Source: Macrostomum hystrix (taxonomy: Eukaryota > Animalia > Platyhelminthes). Taken from it: a stretch of DNA of 64,000 bases. A program made the translations under genes and the position numbers. Location: assembly GCA_950097015.1 (NCBI GenBank), contig CATNEN010000001.1, positions 1,860,001 through 1,924,000 of the forward strand. The letters are read 5' to 3'. This document shows, piece after piece, positions 37,328 through 50,351 of the stretch; within the stretch, counting starts at the first letter, position 1; each line of letters starts with the position of its first letter. The notes below the pieces were generated by a model. It made no database searches. It saw only the letters and a list, made by a program, of their open reading frames with translations, and was not told where the DNA came from.

Positions 37328-37947
37328 CAGGACAATTCGGTAACAGACAATTCGGTAACAGACAGTTCGGTAACACCACAGGACAGTTCGGTAACATATC
37401 AAGGTACAGTTCGGTAACAATTGATTAAACTGGATAGGAAGGGTTCTTTGCGAAATTATTTTATATTTAGTTCGGTGAAGTTACAAAGTAAAGTCAATAG
37501 CACTTCGAACCATATTTAGCTTTTCGAAATATGAGTATGAGGTTGCATTTTGCATGTTACATATTTCACATTTGGGCGTCAAATAGTGACAATGTACCGT
37601 CATCAAGTCATTCATACAGTCATCAAGTGAGGCCAAATTTCGTGTGATCACACAATTTGCACTAATTTTTCATCCCTTTTGTATACATCCCTTTGAACGA
37701 GCCTTTACCCTACTTGCACACTCTAAATGACGTGTCAGTTTCAGATACATCAGTAACATCAGTCAGTTGTGTCCTAGCAACGATAGTAGAAACATTGTTA
37801 GAACAAACCTAGATTGATTTTATTGACTTTCAATTGTTACCGAACTGTCCCCAGTGTGTTACCAAACTGTCTCCTGTATGTTACCGAACTGTCCTTGAGT
37901 GTTACCAAACTGTCTGTTACCGAACTGTCTGTTACCGAACTGTCCTG
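37328..37947. mobile_element. Non-autonomous TIR element with tandem subterminal GACAGTTCGGTAACA repeats
   Basis: Left CAGGACAATTCGGTAACA… (5 units); right …TGTTACCGAACTGTCCTG (6 inverted units). TSD ambiguous, so the superfamily is not assigned. Confidence 0.85.
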
Positions 37948-40800
37948 TATTCTGTATCTCCTTCAAACTTTAACAAAATTCTTAAATCTGAGGGCAGAAC
38001 AGAAGTGATTTTCCAGTCTCTTTGTCTGTCGCCATCTTATCTAGGCCTACCAACAGACAAGTTGACTGATTTGATTTGTAAATGTAGGCAAGTTAAATTC
38101 ATGAGCCAATGAGTTGGCCAACTTGGCCTTGGCCCTAATTAAACTGAGATAGGCCTAATTGCTATTGTGCCAGTGGGTGATCAGGTGGATGGAAGATTAA
38201 CATTTTTTTAGTTCTTTGACTAATTTGAATGGATTTGTACACACTTTTCATTCTGCATACAGTGACACCCTGCTATGCAAGCATCATGAGCATGTAGGGT
38301 AATGTAGGCCTATTATCAACCTAACAAGAATATGCATTTGTTAACTTCAAACCTAAGCTACAGATTCTCTATTTAAGATATCATGATAACTCAAAAGCCA
38401 AGTTATAGAAAACAGTTTTGTCTTTCTAAATAGTATCTGCTTTTGCAATTTTGTCAAATAGAAAAAAGTTATTCATGTTTTTCATCTAAAACCAAACAAT
38501 GATTTTCATGTATCTTCAAACCAAACAGAATTTAATGTTTGGTTTTATAATCTGAGTGAGTGGTTTAATCTTATTTTAAGGAGTGATCTATCATGAATTA
38601 TGTCATTTGAAAGCATTTTTCATGCTCTATAAAAAACTACATTTATGGTAATTTAATTGGAAGGCAACCGCATACAATCTTAGTCTTAAGTACATGCTGA
38701 AAAAATGCTGTTAAAAGGTATGCTTTTGTGATAAAAATTTCTACTGAAACATCCATATCTTTCTTTCCTTTTAATGCTTCATTGCATATCATGCCTTAGC
38801 TTGTAAATAATTTCATTGACATTCAAAATAGTTGTTCTGTGAAATACAATAGCTTGTTTCTGTCTTGCACAAGACCAAGGAAGGAGTCAAAATTCTTGTT
38901 TGGTTTTGAAGATACACTGTTCGGTTGATGATACATTACCCTACCATTTGCTAAATTGTGAATATGAAGAGTAAGTTAGCTAGTTAGCTAGAGAGTACAA
39001 TGTATAATTTAATTTGAACACAGAAATTGATTTGATAGTTGTTAGAATGAGCCTTTCAAGTGACCCTTTAAAATCTAGTTTAGCAGATGCATACAAAAGA
39101 ACCTAATCAATATGAACCTGTGCATTGCACATACATTTTTTCAATTATAAGATCTCTTATTTTGTGAAAATAAAAGCCATTGCCGACAACTTTGTTTTAA
39201 TTGACCTTAGTAGAAGAAAAGTTTGTACAAAGTTTCTTTTAAAGTCAAGTTAATAGCAGATGAGATAACAGATTGGCAGCTTAGAAATTTCAATCAGAAG
39301 TTTTGTCTATGGTCTTGCTTGGACTATTGATTTAGCTATATTAGGCATATGTGTAACTCATAACTAAATAACAAGTAAGTGAAGTATATATTTTATAGAT
39401 TGGTGGGCATGTTGAGCTTTAGAAGGACCAGAAAATTGTACTGGGCAAGGAGTTGAAAGCATATGGTACATATGGTATGGTAATAGTAATAATAAATGGT
39501 AATTGTAGTAATAGTAATATGGTAATAATCCGACATATGGTAATAGTTGATGCAATGCTTTAGTCTTAGGCATAGAATATATTTAATAGTAAGTCACAAA
39601 CCCAATAGAAATAACAACTTCAGCCTAGCTTCTGTCATCCAGACTGCTTTATGTCAACTGATCACAAGTGAATGATGCAACATGCCGCTAAAGACATGAA
39701 TGACTTCTTTTAAAAAATTTCCTATCAAAAAAGTTTTTTGGTTATAGTAGCCTTTGTAGGCAGCCTACTCATAAAATTTGAAACTATTATAGTTTCAACT
39801 CACTAATTAGCTAAAAGGTCTCATTTTACCGTTTCCTTCTTTGTATTGCTTGATTTTTGTCCAATTTTTTTTCTGATATGGCTCCATAGATTACTATAAA
39901 AAAACTTTTGAGTGAAAGCAATGTCCATATGAACACCAATATTTTATGCTTGGCAAGTACATTCACATAGGTACTGATACTAGTCACCTTACTATGATGA
40001 CAAAACTTAGCAATTTAAAGAATAAATGACTTTAGCTGTCTAATTTTAGTTGGGAAAAATGAAAATGAAGATGGCTTGCAAAGTCCTATAAAAAACGACA
40101 ACATCTCCAGAAGTTGCTCTATGTATTTGTTAAGCTTCAGATTGAGTGCCAAGATATAACACAAAATAGCAATTCGATCCAAAGTGTTGCTTGACTGAAT
40201 GGTGGCAGGATTTCCAGCAACTACAGTCACTCACAGAGTTCCTGTAGTGACTCTGTGACTCTATAGAAATCCTTCTATAGGCTTCAGTGTCTATTAATAA
40301 AAATTCGTAGGCGCCTAAAGCCTCACTATCATTAAAACACACAATAGCTTGAATCCTCTCATTATTGCGCAGTCTTGGGTTTGAGTTTAAGTGACACTTT
40401 ACTATCCATTTAACTCTTTTGCAAGACCAGGAAGCCATTTAGTCATTTTTGTGTGGTTGAGCATAAACCACAGGGGATCTGTACTGTACTGTACTGGACA
40501 GTACAGATTCTGTAGCAGTCGGTACTTTTTCAAACTAGCAGTCAGGGTGGATCCATAGATCATACCAATGCAAGAACTGGAATAGATGGAATAAAGTTCT
40601 TTGCCAGTTGGTCGTAGGCATGCTTTTGAAAATGAAGGGGAATCATCAGGATCTTTAAACATGATTTCATGCGTTATCAAATGGCTATGTCACATGTCGA
40701 ACAAAATTTGTACAATTCGGCCAGCTAATATTAAAAGCACATTGCAAAACTAATTACATATTAATACACTCCAGCATACAGACAGCTGATAACATTAGTA

Positions 40801-43800
40801 ATGCCAGAACAGCAGCAGACACCACAGAATGGTGGCGGCAGCAGCGGTGGCGCTGCACTCACCGAGCAGCAACGGAAGCGTGTCTCTCTAATCCTCAATT
40901 CGGAGGCCTTCCAACGCGAACTAGACGACATCATTCAGAGCCAAGTTCGGTCTGGCGCTCATCCAGCCTCTCTCATGGCTCTGCAACAGATTGCCGATCT
41001 TCTGTTGCCAACGGCTCGCGGCGGCCTAGGCGCCGGCGCTAATAATATCGGCGTGGCTCATAATCTGCCAGCGCCAATCAATGATATTCGAGGCAGCGAG
41101 GTTGGGCATTATTGCGGCGGTCGATCAGAGCGCCAGTTGAGATGCAAACTGGCTGCTGTGCACAGGCTCATGCACATTAAAGGCTGGGGAGACGGATTTT
41201 ACTCGCAAGCTATTGTGAGTCCACTTGTCTTATTTGAGTTGAGCAATAATGCTTATTTGCTGATCATTCTCTACTGATCCCTAAGATCAATATCCTTTTG
41301 AGATATTCCCAAAGTGTTTATTATTCCGCGGCGAGGCCACATTAAATTGGGGCGCAGCGGCGGAGAGAAGGCTTGGGAGGCTTGTCGTGCAATTTACGCC
41401 CTTAAGGGCCAACCTCCAAGGCACAGTGAAAGTGTACACTGCCTGACGATGAGAAAGTCAGGACAGATGTACACACCTGTGTGAGCGAGTGTGCTCAGGA
41501 GTAAGCGAAATGGGCAGAATTGCCTCCTCGCTGGCTGCGGGTCTAGTGTCACCATATGATGCGCCATTGCCTGCAGCCCTCCTGCAGTTATTATTACTAG
41601 TAAGGTCAGTTAATCCTTCTAGGATATTACCAAGATCAGTTAATCCTTCTAGGATATTCCCAAGATCAGCAAATCCTTCTAGGATATTCCCAAGATCAGT
41701 TAATCCTTCTAGGATATTACCAAGATCAGTTAATCCTTCTAGGATATTCCCAAGATCAGTTAATTCTTCTAGGATATTCCCAAGATCAGTTAATCCTTCT
41801 AGGATATTCCCAAGATCAGCAAATTCTTCTAGGATATTCCCAAGATCAGTTAATTCTTCTAGGATATTCCCAAGATCAGTAAATACTTCTATGATATTCC
41901 CAAGATTAGCTTATTCTTCTACGATATTCCCAAAATCAGTTAATCCTTCTAGGATATTCCCAAGATCAGTTAATCCTTCTAGGATATTCCCAAAATCAGT
42001 TAATTCTTCTAGGATATTCCCAAGATCAGTTAATTCTTCTAGGATATTCCCAAGATCAGTAAATACTTCTATGATATTCCCAAGATTAGCTTATTCTTCT
42101 ACGATATTCCCAAAATCAGTTAATCCTTCTAGGATATTCCCAAGATCAGTTAATTCTTCTAGGATATTCCCAAGATCAGTTAATCCTTCTAGGATATTCC
42201 CAAGATCAGTTAATCCTTCTAGGATATTCCCAAGATCAGTTAATCCTTCTAGGATATTCCCAAGATCAGTTAATCCTTCTAGGATATTCCCAAGATCAGT
42301 TAATCCTTCTAGGATATTCCCAAGATCAGTTAATTCTTCTAGGATATTCCCAAGATCAGTTAATCCTTCTAGGATATTCCCAAGATCAGTTAATTCTTCT
42401 AGGATATTCCCAAGATCAGTTAATTCGTCTAGGATATTCCCAAGATCAGTTAATCCTTCTAGGATATTCCCAAGATCAGTTAATCCTTCTAGGATATTCC
42501 CAAGATCAGTTAATTCTTCTAGGATATTCCCAAGATCAGTTAATCCTTCTACGATATTCCCAAAATCAGTTAATCCTTCTAGGATATTCTCAAGATCAGC
42601 AAATCTTTCTAGGATATTCCCAAGATCCGTAAATCCTTCTATGATATTCCCAAGATTAGTTTATTCTTCTACGATATTCCCAAGATCAGTATCATTGATT
42701 CATTCTAGTGTTTAAATGAATCTCTATTCATACCATCTTGTCCCCATGACAGGCTCGCTCCACAGGTTCGACTTCCTACCTGTTAGTGAAGCCGACTGGT
42801 TTAGACTGTCGCGAGGTGACAGCCAGCGGTTTGTGTCGCCTTAATCCCGACGGCACAGTGGCAGATCCTGGTGGCACCGTGTTCGGCTTGGTACCTCCGG
42901 AGCCATTAGCCATGGCTCTGGCTGAGGCTGTCTTTGCCAACCAACCTGACTCGGTCGCCCTGGTGCTGCTGCAGACACCGGAGGTGCTCGCTGTGGCCAA
43001 TTTCAAAGCTGGCCTACTGGCACTGTGTTCGGAGGCTAAAGAGCTTGGTGTGTTTGTTGAACAATGCTTTTCCCCTGTATTTTAGTATAGAATTTCCTAA
43101 GGCATCATAATCCCTAATCGATTTCCATTTTTTTCTATATCCCTAATCGATTTCCCATTGTTTCTTAATCCCTAATCGATTTCCCATTGTTTCTTAATCC
43201 CTAATCGATTTCCAATTCTTTGTAAATCCCTAATCGATTTTCCCATTGTTCCTTAATCCCTAATCGATTTTCCCATTGTTCCATAATCCCTAACCGATTT
43301 TCCCATTGTTCCTTAATCCCTAATCGATTTTCCCATTGTTCCTTAATCCCTAATCGATTTTCCCATTGTTCCATAATCCCTAACCGATTTTCCCATTGTT
43401 CCTTAATCCCTAATCGATTTTCCCATTGTTTCATAATCCCTAATCGATTTTCCCATTTGTTCCTTAATCCCTAATCGATTTTCCCATTTGTTCCTTAATC
43501 CCTAATCGATTTTCCCATTGTTCCTTAATCCCTAATCGATTTTCCCATTGTTCCATAATCCCTAATCGATTTCCCATTCTTTCTAAATCCCTAACCGATT
43601 TTCCCATTGTTTCATAATCCCTAACCGATTTTCCCATTGTTCCTTAATCCCTAATCGATTTTCCCATTGTTCCATAATCCCTAATCGATTTTCCCATTGT
43701 TCCATAATCCCTAACCGATTTTCAATCGTTCCTTAATCCATAATCGATTTCCAATCGTTCCTTAATCCCTAATCGATTTCCCATTGTTCCTTAATCCCTA

Positions 43801-46800
43801 ATCGATTTCTAATTGTTTCTCAACGGCCCTATTCGATTTCAAATTGTTTTTTATCCCTTATAAATTTCCCATTGTTCCTTAATCCCTAAACTATTTTCCA
43901 TCGTTCCCTTATCCCTTCTGGAATATCTGCTGTTTCCTTATCCTTTCTCGTATTCCCATTGTTCCTGTTAATCTAATCCCCAATCATTTCCAATTGTTCC
44001 TTAGTCCCTGATTAATTTCTCATGCTTTCATAATATCAAATTTAGTTTGTAATTATTTCATTATAACTAATTGATTATCCTGTTTATCGCAATAACATGA
44101 TTAATGTATTTTCTCTATTTAATAAGGAAAGGTTTCCCACGATTTTCGATCAATATTAAATAAAAAAATCAAACCGATTTATCCCAATTCACAACCAGGC
44201 CGAGTTGCTGTCGTGTCCATCGACAATGCCGACTCCGTCGCCAAAGCCCTAACAACCAGCGACGCTGCGTCAGCCGACGCCCTACTGCTGCCCGGTCGTT
44301 GCGCCTGCGTTCTCGGCGCCACAGTTGAAGCCGCTTGGCGTCGGGCCGAGCTTCTAGTCGCTGCCGCTGGCGCTCAATTTGAAACGCTGCGTTCCACCGG
44401 CTATTCAGATTTGGCACCGGTGGCCGAACTAAACGCGCCGGTGGAGGAGGAACATCAATCCCCGGCTATCTTAGCCAAAGCCGACGGCAACGGATCCGCC
44501 GAGCGTGGCCGAGAATGGAGCTTCGGTCAGTTGGAATTCGAGGCCGCTATGCGACAATTGGACGCGGCCGGTTATAAGACTGGCTACGATTACCTGGAGC
44601 CAAGGGTCCGAGCTGTCAGGCCTGGCGAAGTGTTCATGGTGCTGGAACAGCAGCAGACTACCGAGGGTGAGATGCACGACTTGGAGATTAGTTTAGATGA
44701 AAATCAATAGTTCGATTGGAAATTTATAGGTTTAGTTAAAGATTTGAGGGTTTATGTGAATATTTAGGAGTTTAGGTCAAGCTTTAGGAGTTTAAGTGGA
44801 GATTTAGAAGTTTAGGTGAAGATTTAGGAGTTTAGGTGATGATTTAGGAGTTTAGGTGATGATTTAGGAGTTTAGGTGAAGATTTAGGAGCTTAGGTGAT
44901 GATTTAGGAGTTTAGGTGAAGATTTAGGAGTTTCAGTAAATTTTAGGAGTTTAGATGATGATTTAGGAGTGTAGGTGAATCTTTAGGAGTTTAGGTGAAG
45001 ATTTATGAGTCTATGTGATGATTTAAGAGTTTAGGTGATGATTTAGGAGTGTAGGTGAATATTTAGGAGTTTAGGTGAAGATTTAGGAGTTTAGGTGATG
45101 ATTTAGGAGTTTAGGTGATGATTTAGGAGTTTAGATGATGATTTAGGAGTGTAGGTGAATCTTTAGGAGTTTAGGTGAAGATTTATGAGTCTATGTGATG
45201 ATTTAAGAGTTTAGGTGATGATTTAGGAGTGTAGGTGAATATTTAGGAGATTAGGTGAAGATTTAGGAGTTTAGGTGATGATTTAGGAGTGTAGGTGAAG
45301 CTTTAGGAGTTTAAGTTAAGATTTATGAGTCAATGTGATGATTTAGGAGTTAAGGTGAAGATTAAGGAGTTTAGGTGATGATTTAGGAGTGTAGGTGAAT
45401 CTTTAGGAGTGTAGGTGAATATTTAGGAGTTTAGGTGAAGATTTAGGAGTTTAGGTGATGATTTAGGAGTTTAGGTGAAGATTTAGGAGTTTCAGTAAAT
45501 TTTAGGAGTTTAGGTGATGATTTAGGAGTGTAGGTGAAGCTTTAGGAGTTTAAGTTAAGATTTATGAGTCAATGTGATGATTTAGGAGTTAAGGTGAAGA
45601 TTAAGGAGTTTAGGTGATGATTTAGGAGTGTAGGTGAATCTTTAGGAGTGTAGGTGAATATTTAGGAGTTTAGGTGAAGATTTAGAAGTTTAGGTGATGA
45701 TTTAGGAGTTTCAGTAAATTTTAGGAGTTTAGGTGATGATTTAGGAGTGTAGGTGAAGCTTTAGGAGTTTAAGTGAAGATTTATGAGTCAATGAGATGAT
45801 TTAGGAGTTAAGGTGAAGATTAAGGAGTTTAGGTGATGATTTAGGAGTGTAGGTGAATCTTTAGGAGTTTAGGTCAAGCTTTAGGAGTTTTAGATTTAGG
45901 AGTTTAGGTGAAGATAAAAGACAAAATATTTAGGTAGAAAAGTATTTTAGATCAGTATTCCTATTTATAAGATATTTGGTTTGGTGTCAATTCAACAGGC
46001 GAAGCTGAAAGCGCCAATAAAATAAATTCTATTGCCCGCTATTAATTTATTAACGGTCTGGAATATATAAAAACTAGAGATGCATTTAATAGTTGTGCAG
46101 CTATGCCTACTTTAATATGCTGTGTTGTTAAAAATACTGAAAAATACGACCGTTAAATATGGGACCACAGTAGCTTCGGTTTCATAAATTATATTATGCT
46201 GCTCTCATTCTTCGCGTGTGTTTGCCATCTGTTATCGCCGTATTGAATTATTTTAAATTTATTCAATCCTTTATAATATTCTCTCCGACGACACAGGCGA
46301 CGGACGACGAAGCGGCGGGTCCAGCAAAGCTCGACCTAGTGTGGTTGGCGCCGTGACATCCGATTCGGAGAGCGGTAAAACAAACCGCATTATGTTTTTC
46401 TATCCTAAATGCCCTTTACTTACTTTCGGCACTTGTACTTTTATTTAGGTATTTCATAAAAAATACAAATTTAAAGATTTCTCCAGTTCCTACATTGTCA
46501 GTTCGTCGATTTCTTTAGCTCCTAAATTGTCAGTTCGTCTATTTGTTTAGTTCCTAAATTGTCAGTTCGTCGATTTCTACAGTTCCTAAATTTTCAGTTC
46601 GTCGATTTCTTTAGTTCCTAAATTGTCAGTTCGTCGATTTCTACAGTTCCTAAATTGTCAGTTAGTCTATTTCTCCAGTTCCTAAATTGTCAGTTCGTCG
46701 ATTTCTTCAGTTCCTAAATTGTCAGTTCGCCGATTTCTTCAGTTCCTAAATTGTCAGTTCGCCGATTTCTTCAGTTCCTAAATTTTCAGTTCGTCGATTT

Positions 46801-49333
46801 CTTCAGTTCCAAAATTGTCAGTTCGTCGATTTCGTCAGTTCCTAAATTGTCAGTTCGTCAATTTCTTTAGTTACTAAATTGTCAGTTCGCCGATTTCTTC
46901 AGTTCCTAAATTGTAAATTCGTTGATTTCTTTAGCTCCTAAAATCCTAAATTGTCAGTTCGTCGATTTCTTTAGCTCCTAAATTGTCAGTTCATCGATTT
47001 CTTTAGCTCCTAAATTGTCAGTTCATCGATTTCTTTAGCTCCTAAATTGTCAGTTCATCGATTTCTTTAGCTCCTAAATTGTCAGTTCATCGATTTCTTT
47101 AGCTCCTAAATTGTCAGTTCATCGATTTCTTTAGCTCCTAAATTGTCAGTTCATCGATTTCTTTAGCTCCTAAATTCTCAGTTCGTCGAGTAGCGTTTCT
47201 CCACTAAACTTCTCCTAAATCTAAATTGATTGCTCCAGTTCTTAAATTGTCAGTTTGTCGGTTCTCTGGCTCCTAAATTGTCAGTTCGTCAATTTCTTGA
47301 GTTCCTAAATTTTCAGTTCGTCGATTTCTCCAGTTCCTAAATTTTCAGTTCGTCGATTTCTCCAGTTCCTAAATTTTCAGTTCGTCGATTTCTTCAGTTC
47401 CTAAATTTTCAGTTCGTCGATTTCTCCAGTTCCTAAATTGTCAGTTCGTCGATTTCTCCAGTTCCTAAATTTTCAGTTCGTCGATTTCTTCAGTTCCTAA
47501 ATTTTCAGTTCGTCGATTTCTCCAGTTCCTAAATTTTCAGTTCGTCGATTTCTCCAGTTCCTAAATTTTCAGTTCGTCGATTTCTCCAGTTCCTAAATTT
47601 TCAGTTCGTCGATTTCTCCAGTTCCTAAATTGTCAGTTCGTCGATTTCTCCAGTTCCTAATTCTACAAAGGCGCTCACTGTATTAATTGATCATTATAGT
47701 CGTTTATTCGTATTTCTCCTGCTAAAATAGCATGCACAGACATGAGATTAGGATCTTGATATGTTAATTCAGCTTCACTTGCAAAATGCGCATCTAACAG
47801 CGTATAGTGTAAACACTGCACGGCTGTATGGCTATATGATGTTATTCATTGCTGGACTAATATATATTTTGCGTGTTCTGTTAAACCTGTAGAATCTATA
47901 GAATAGTCGCTACTATTTTTTTTGTTACTTTTATGTGTTATTGTTATGAATTTTTTTTAGCTTTATTGTAGCCATTTTGTAATTTCAAGTATTCTCATGG
48001 CTGTGTTTCATTAAAAAAATGTTTCACTTAACTAACAAAATTACTTACGTATTTACATTTATGGCCTTCGTTGAATCAGTTTTTCTCACCTTTCTGTTTT
48101 GTTTATCCAAACAATGTTATCTTGTCAAGGCTTTTTCATTCATTTTTTACATTTTAATTCATTTGTTTGTCTTCACATTTCACATTTATTTATATCTATT
48201 TCCATCACAGATCTATATCGATTATCCTAAAATATCTACCCACGATCCTAACATCTCTATCCACACTTCTATCATATCTATCCACTCTCCTAGCATATCT
48301 ATCCACACTCCTATCATGTGTATCCACACTCCTATCATATCTATCCACTCTTCTATCATATCTATCCACACTCCTATCATATCTATCCACTCTCCTAGCA
48401 TACCTATCCACTCTCCTATCATATCTATCCACACTCCTAGCATATCTATCAACACTCCTAGCATATCTATCCACACTCCTATCATGTCTATCCACTCTCC
48501 TATCATGTCTATCCACACTCCTATCATATCTATCCACACTCCTATCATATCTATCCACTCTCCTAGCATATCTATCCACTCTCCTATCTTATCTATCCAC
48601 ACTCCTATCATGTCTATCCACACTCCTATCATATCTATCCACACTCCTATCATATCTATCCACTCTCCTAGCATATCTATCCACTCTCCTATCTTATCTA
48701 TCCACACTCCTATCATGTCTATCCACACTCCTATCATGTCTATCCACACTCCTATCATGTCTATCCACACTCCTATCATATCTATCCACACTCCTATCAT
48801 ATCTATCCACACTCCTAGCATATCTATTGATAATCCTAACGTATCTATCCATTATCCTAACATATCTATCCATTATCCTAACGTATCTGTCCATTATCCT
48901 AACATATCTATCCATTATCCTAACATATCTGTCCATTATCCTAACATCTCTATCCATTCTCCCAACATCTCTATCCATTATCCTAACATCTCTATCCATT
49001 ATCCTAACATCCTTATCCATTATCCTAACATCTTTATCCATTATTCTGCATGTATATTCCTTAGCCTCGAATCTTAACCGATACATTTTTATTGAACTCT
49101 TACTTCTCTTTATTATAATCCCCTGCCAAAAAATATCCCAAAACCTGTCAGAACGCCCATCTGTCGGCAATCTCAACGACACTGGTAAATCCGAAGCAAC
49201 CAGCGGCGGCGAAGACGCGGAACCTGGCGACCGTCGACCATCCGACGATCACAAGGCCAAGAAGAGAGGCAGCGGCGGCGGCGGGTTTCGCATACCGAGC
49301 TTCTCTCGAGGAAAAAAGAAGGAATCAAAGTAA
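40801..49333 (+). CDS. ADD1: Adducin (hu li tai shao-like), ~478 aa
   Basis: Phase-consistent exons 40801-41214, 42753-43047, 44199-44666, 46297-46374 and 49152-49333. Motifs EQQRKRVSLILNSEAFQRELDDII, PINDIRG, ERQLRCKLAAVHRL, EVTASGL, LEFEAAMRQLDAAGYKTGY and a MARCKS-like tail FRIPSFSRGKKK. Confidence 0.92.
41323..41596 (+). mobile_element. tRNA-derived SINE, family 2, 5'-truncated copy in adducin intron 1
   Basis: Aligns along its whole length to 59848-60153 and ends in (TTA)n. Confidence 0.87.
41605..42691. repeat. Intronic minisatellite, 30-bp unit TAATCCTTCTAGGATATTCCCAAGATCAGT
   Basis: Directly visible; gives the spurious 408-aa ORF. Confidence 0.97.
43107..43900. repeat. Intronic minisatellite, ~30-bp unit CCCTAATCGATTTTCCCATTGTTCCTTAAT
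   Basis: Directly visible; the tail is degenerate. Confidence 0.95.
44762..45914. repeat. Intronic minisatellite, 20-bp unit ATTTAGGAGTTTAGGTGA(A/T)G with higher-order structure
   Basis: Directly visible. Confidence 0.95.
46477..47660. repeat. Intronic minisatellite, 32-bp unit GTTCCTAAATTGTCAGTTCGTCGATTTCTCCA
   Basis: Directly visible. Confidence 0.95.
48250..49043. repeat. Intronic minisatellite, 21-bp unit CTATCCACACTCCTATCATAT grading into CTATCCATTATCCTAACATAT
   Basis: Directly visible; gives spurious 7-aa-repeat ORFs. Confidence 0.95.
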
Positions 49334-49756
49334 TAACGAGATAATGATGATGAGGATAAATTGATGAAAGTTCAAGTCTTAGATTGGTTCACAAGTTCTG
49401 CAATTGATGAAGCAGATTACTGTGATGGTTTTTTATTGATTGACAATTACGACTGCGAGCTTGTTGTTAACCCTGCCTCGTATATATAATTAATCAACTT
49501 TAGTATTATTATTGTTATTAATTTTTTAATCATCGTTTTTATCTGTGTAATATTTAACTATTTAGTGTGGCCTATTCAATTTATTAAGCTTGCTTCTATT
49601 TCTGCCAGACTGTTTAAAACATCAGCTGTTTAGCTTTTTCACTTTTTTCATTTTTACCCATTCTATTTATTGTGCAATACTTATTACTCAACTGGCTATT
49701 TAAGAAATCATTTTTTTGCAATTCCTCAGCTGTGCTTTTTCTTGTTTTAGTTTCTA

Positions 49757-50351
49757 GATGTCTAACAGATTAACATTCTGTCTAACTGTTTAGCTACCTG
49801 TAACTGGTTAGCATCGGCTGTCTAACAGGTTAGCATCGGCTGTCTAGCAGGTTAGCATCGGCTGTCTAACAGGTTAGCATCAGCTGTCTAACAGGTTAGC
49901 ATCGGCTGTCTAACAGGTTAGCATCAGCTGTCTAACAGGTTAGCATCGGCTGTCTAACAGGTTAGCATCGGCTGTCTAACAGGTTAGCATCGGCTGTCTA
50001 ACAGGTTAGCATCGGCTGGTTAACAGGTTAGCATCGGCTGTCTAACGGGTTAGCATCGGCTGTCTAACAGGTTAGCATCGGCTGTCTAACAGGTTAGCAT
50101 CGGCTGTCTAACAGGTTAGCATCAGCTGTCTAACGGGTTAGCATCGGCTGTCTAACAGGTTAGCATCGGCTGTCTAACAGGTTAGCATCGGCTGTCTAAC
50201 AGGTTAGCATCAGCTGTCTAACGGGTTAGCATCGGCTGTCTAACAGGTTAGCATCGGCTGTCTAACAGGTTAGCATCGGCTGTCTAACAGGTTAGCATCG
50301 GCTGTCTAACAGGTTAGCATCGGCTGTCTAACAGGTTAGCATCGGCTGTCT
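49757..50351. repeat. Minisatellite, 22-bp unit CAGGTTAGCATCGGCTGTCTAA
   Basis: Directly visible, downstream of the adducin stop. Confidence 0.96.

Noticed and set aside
39900-40700. Cluster of short minus-strand ORFs, possibly a decayed LINE
   Set aside because: No convincing motifs in the correct order.
41489-42715. 408-aa ORF (RSVNPSRIFP repeats)
   Set aside because: SINE tail plus 30-bp array inside adducin intron 1; the adducin exons splice around it in phase.
48019-49151. 352-, 388- and 199-aa repeat ORFs
   Set aside because: They come from the 21-bp array; only 49152-49333 is a real adducin exon.
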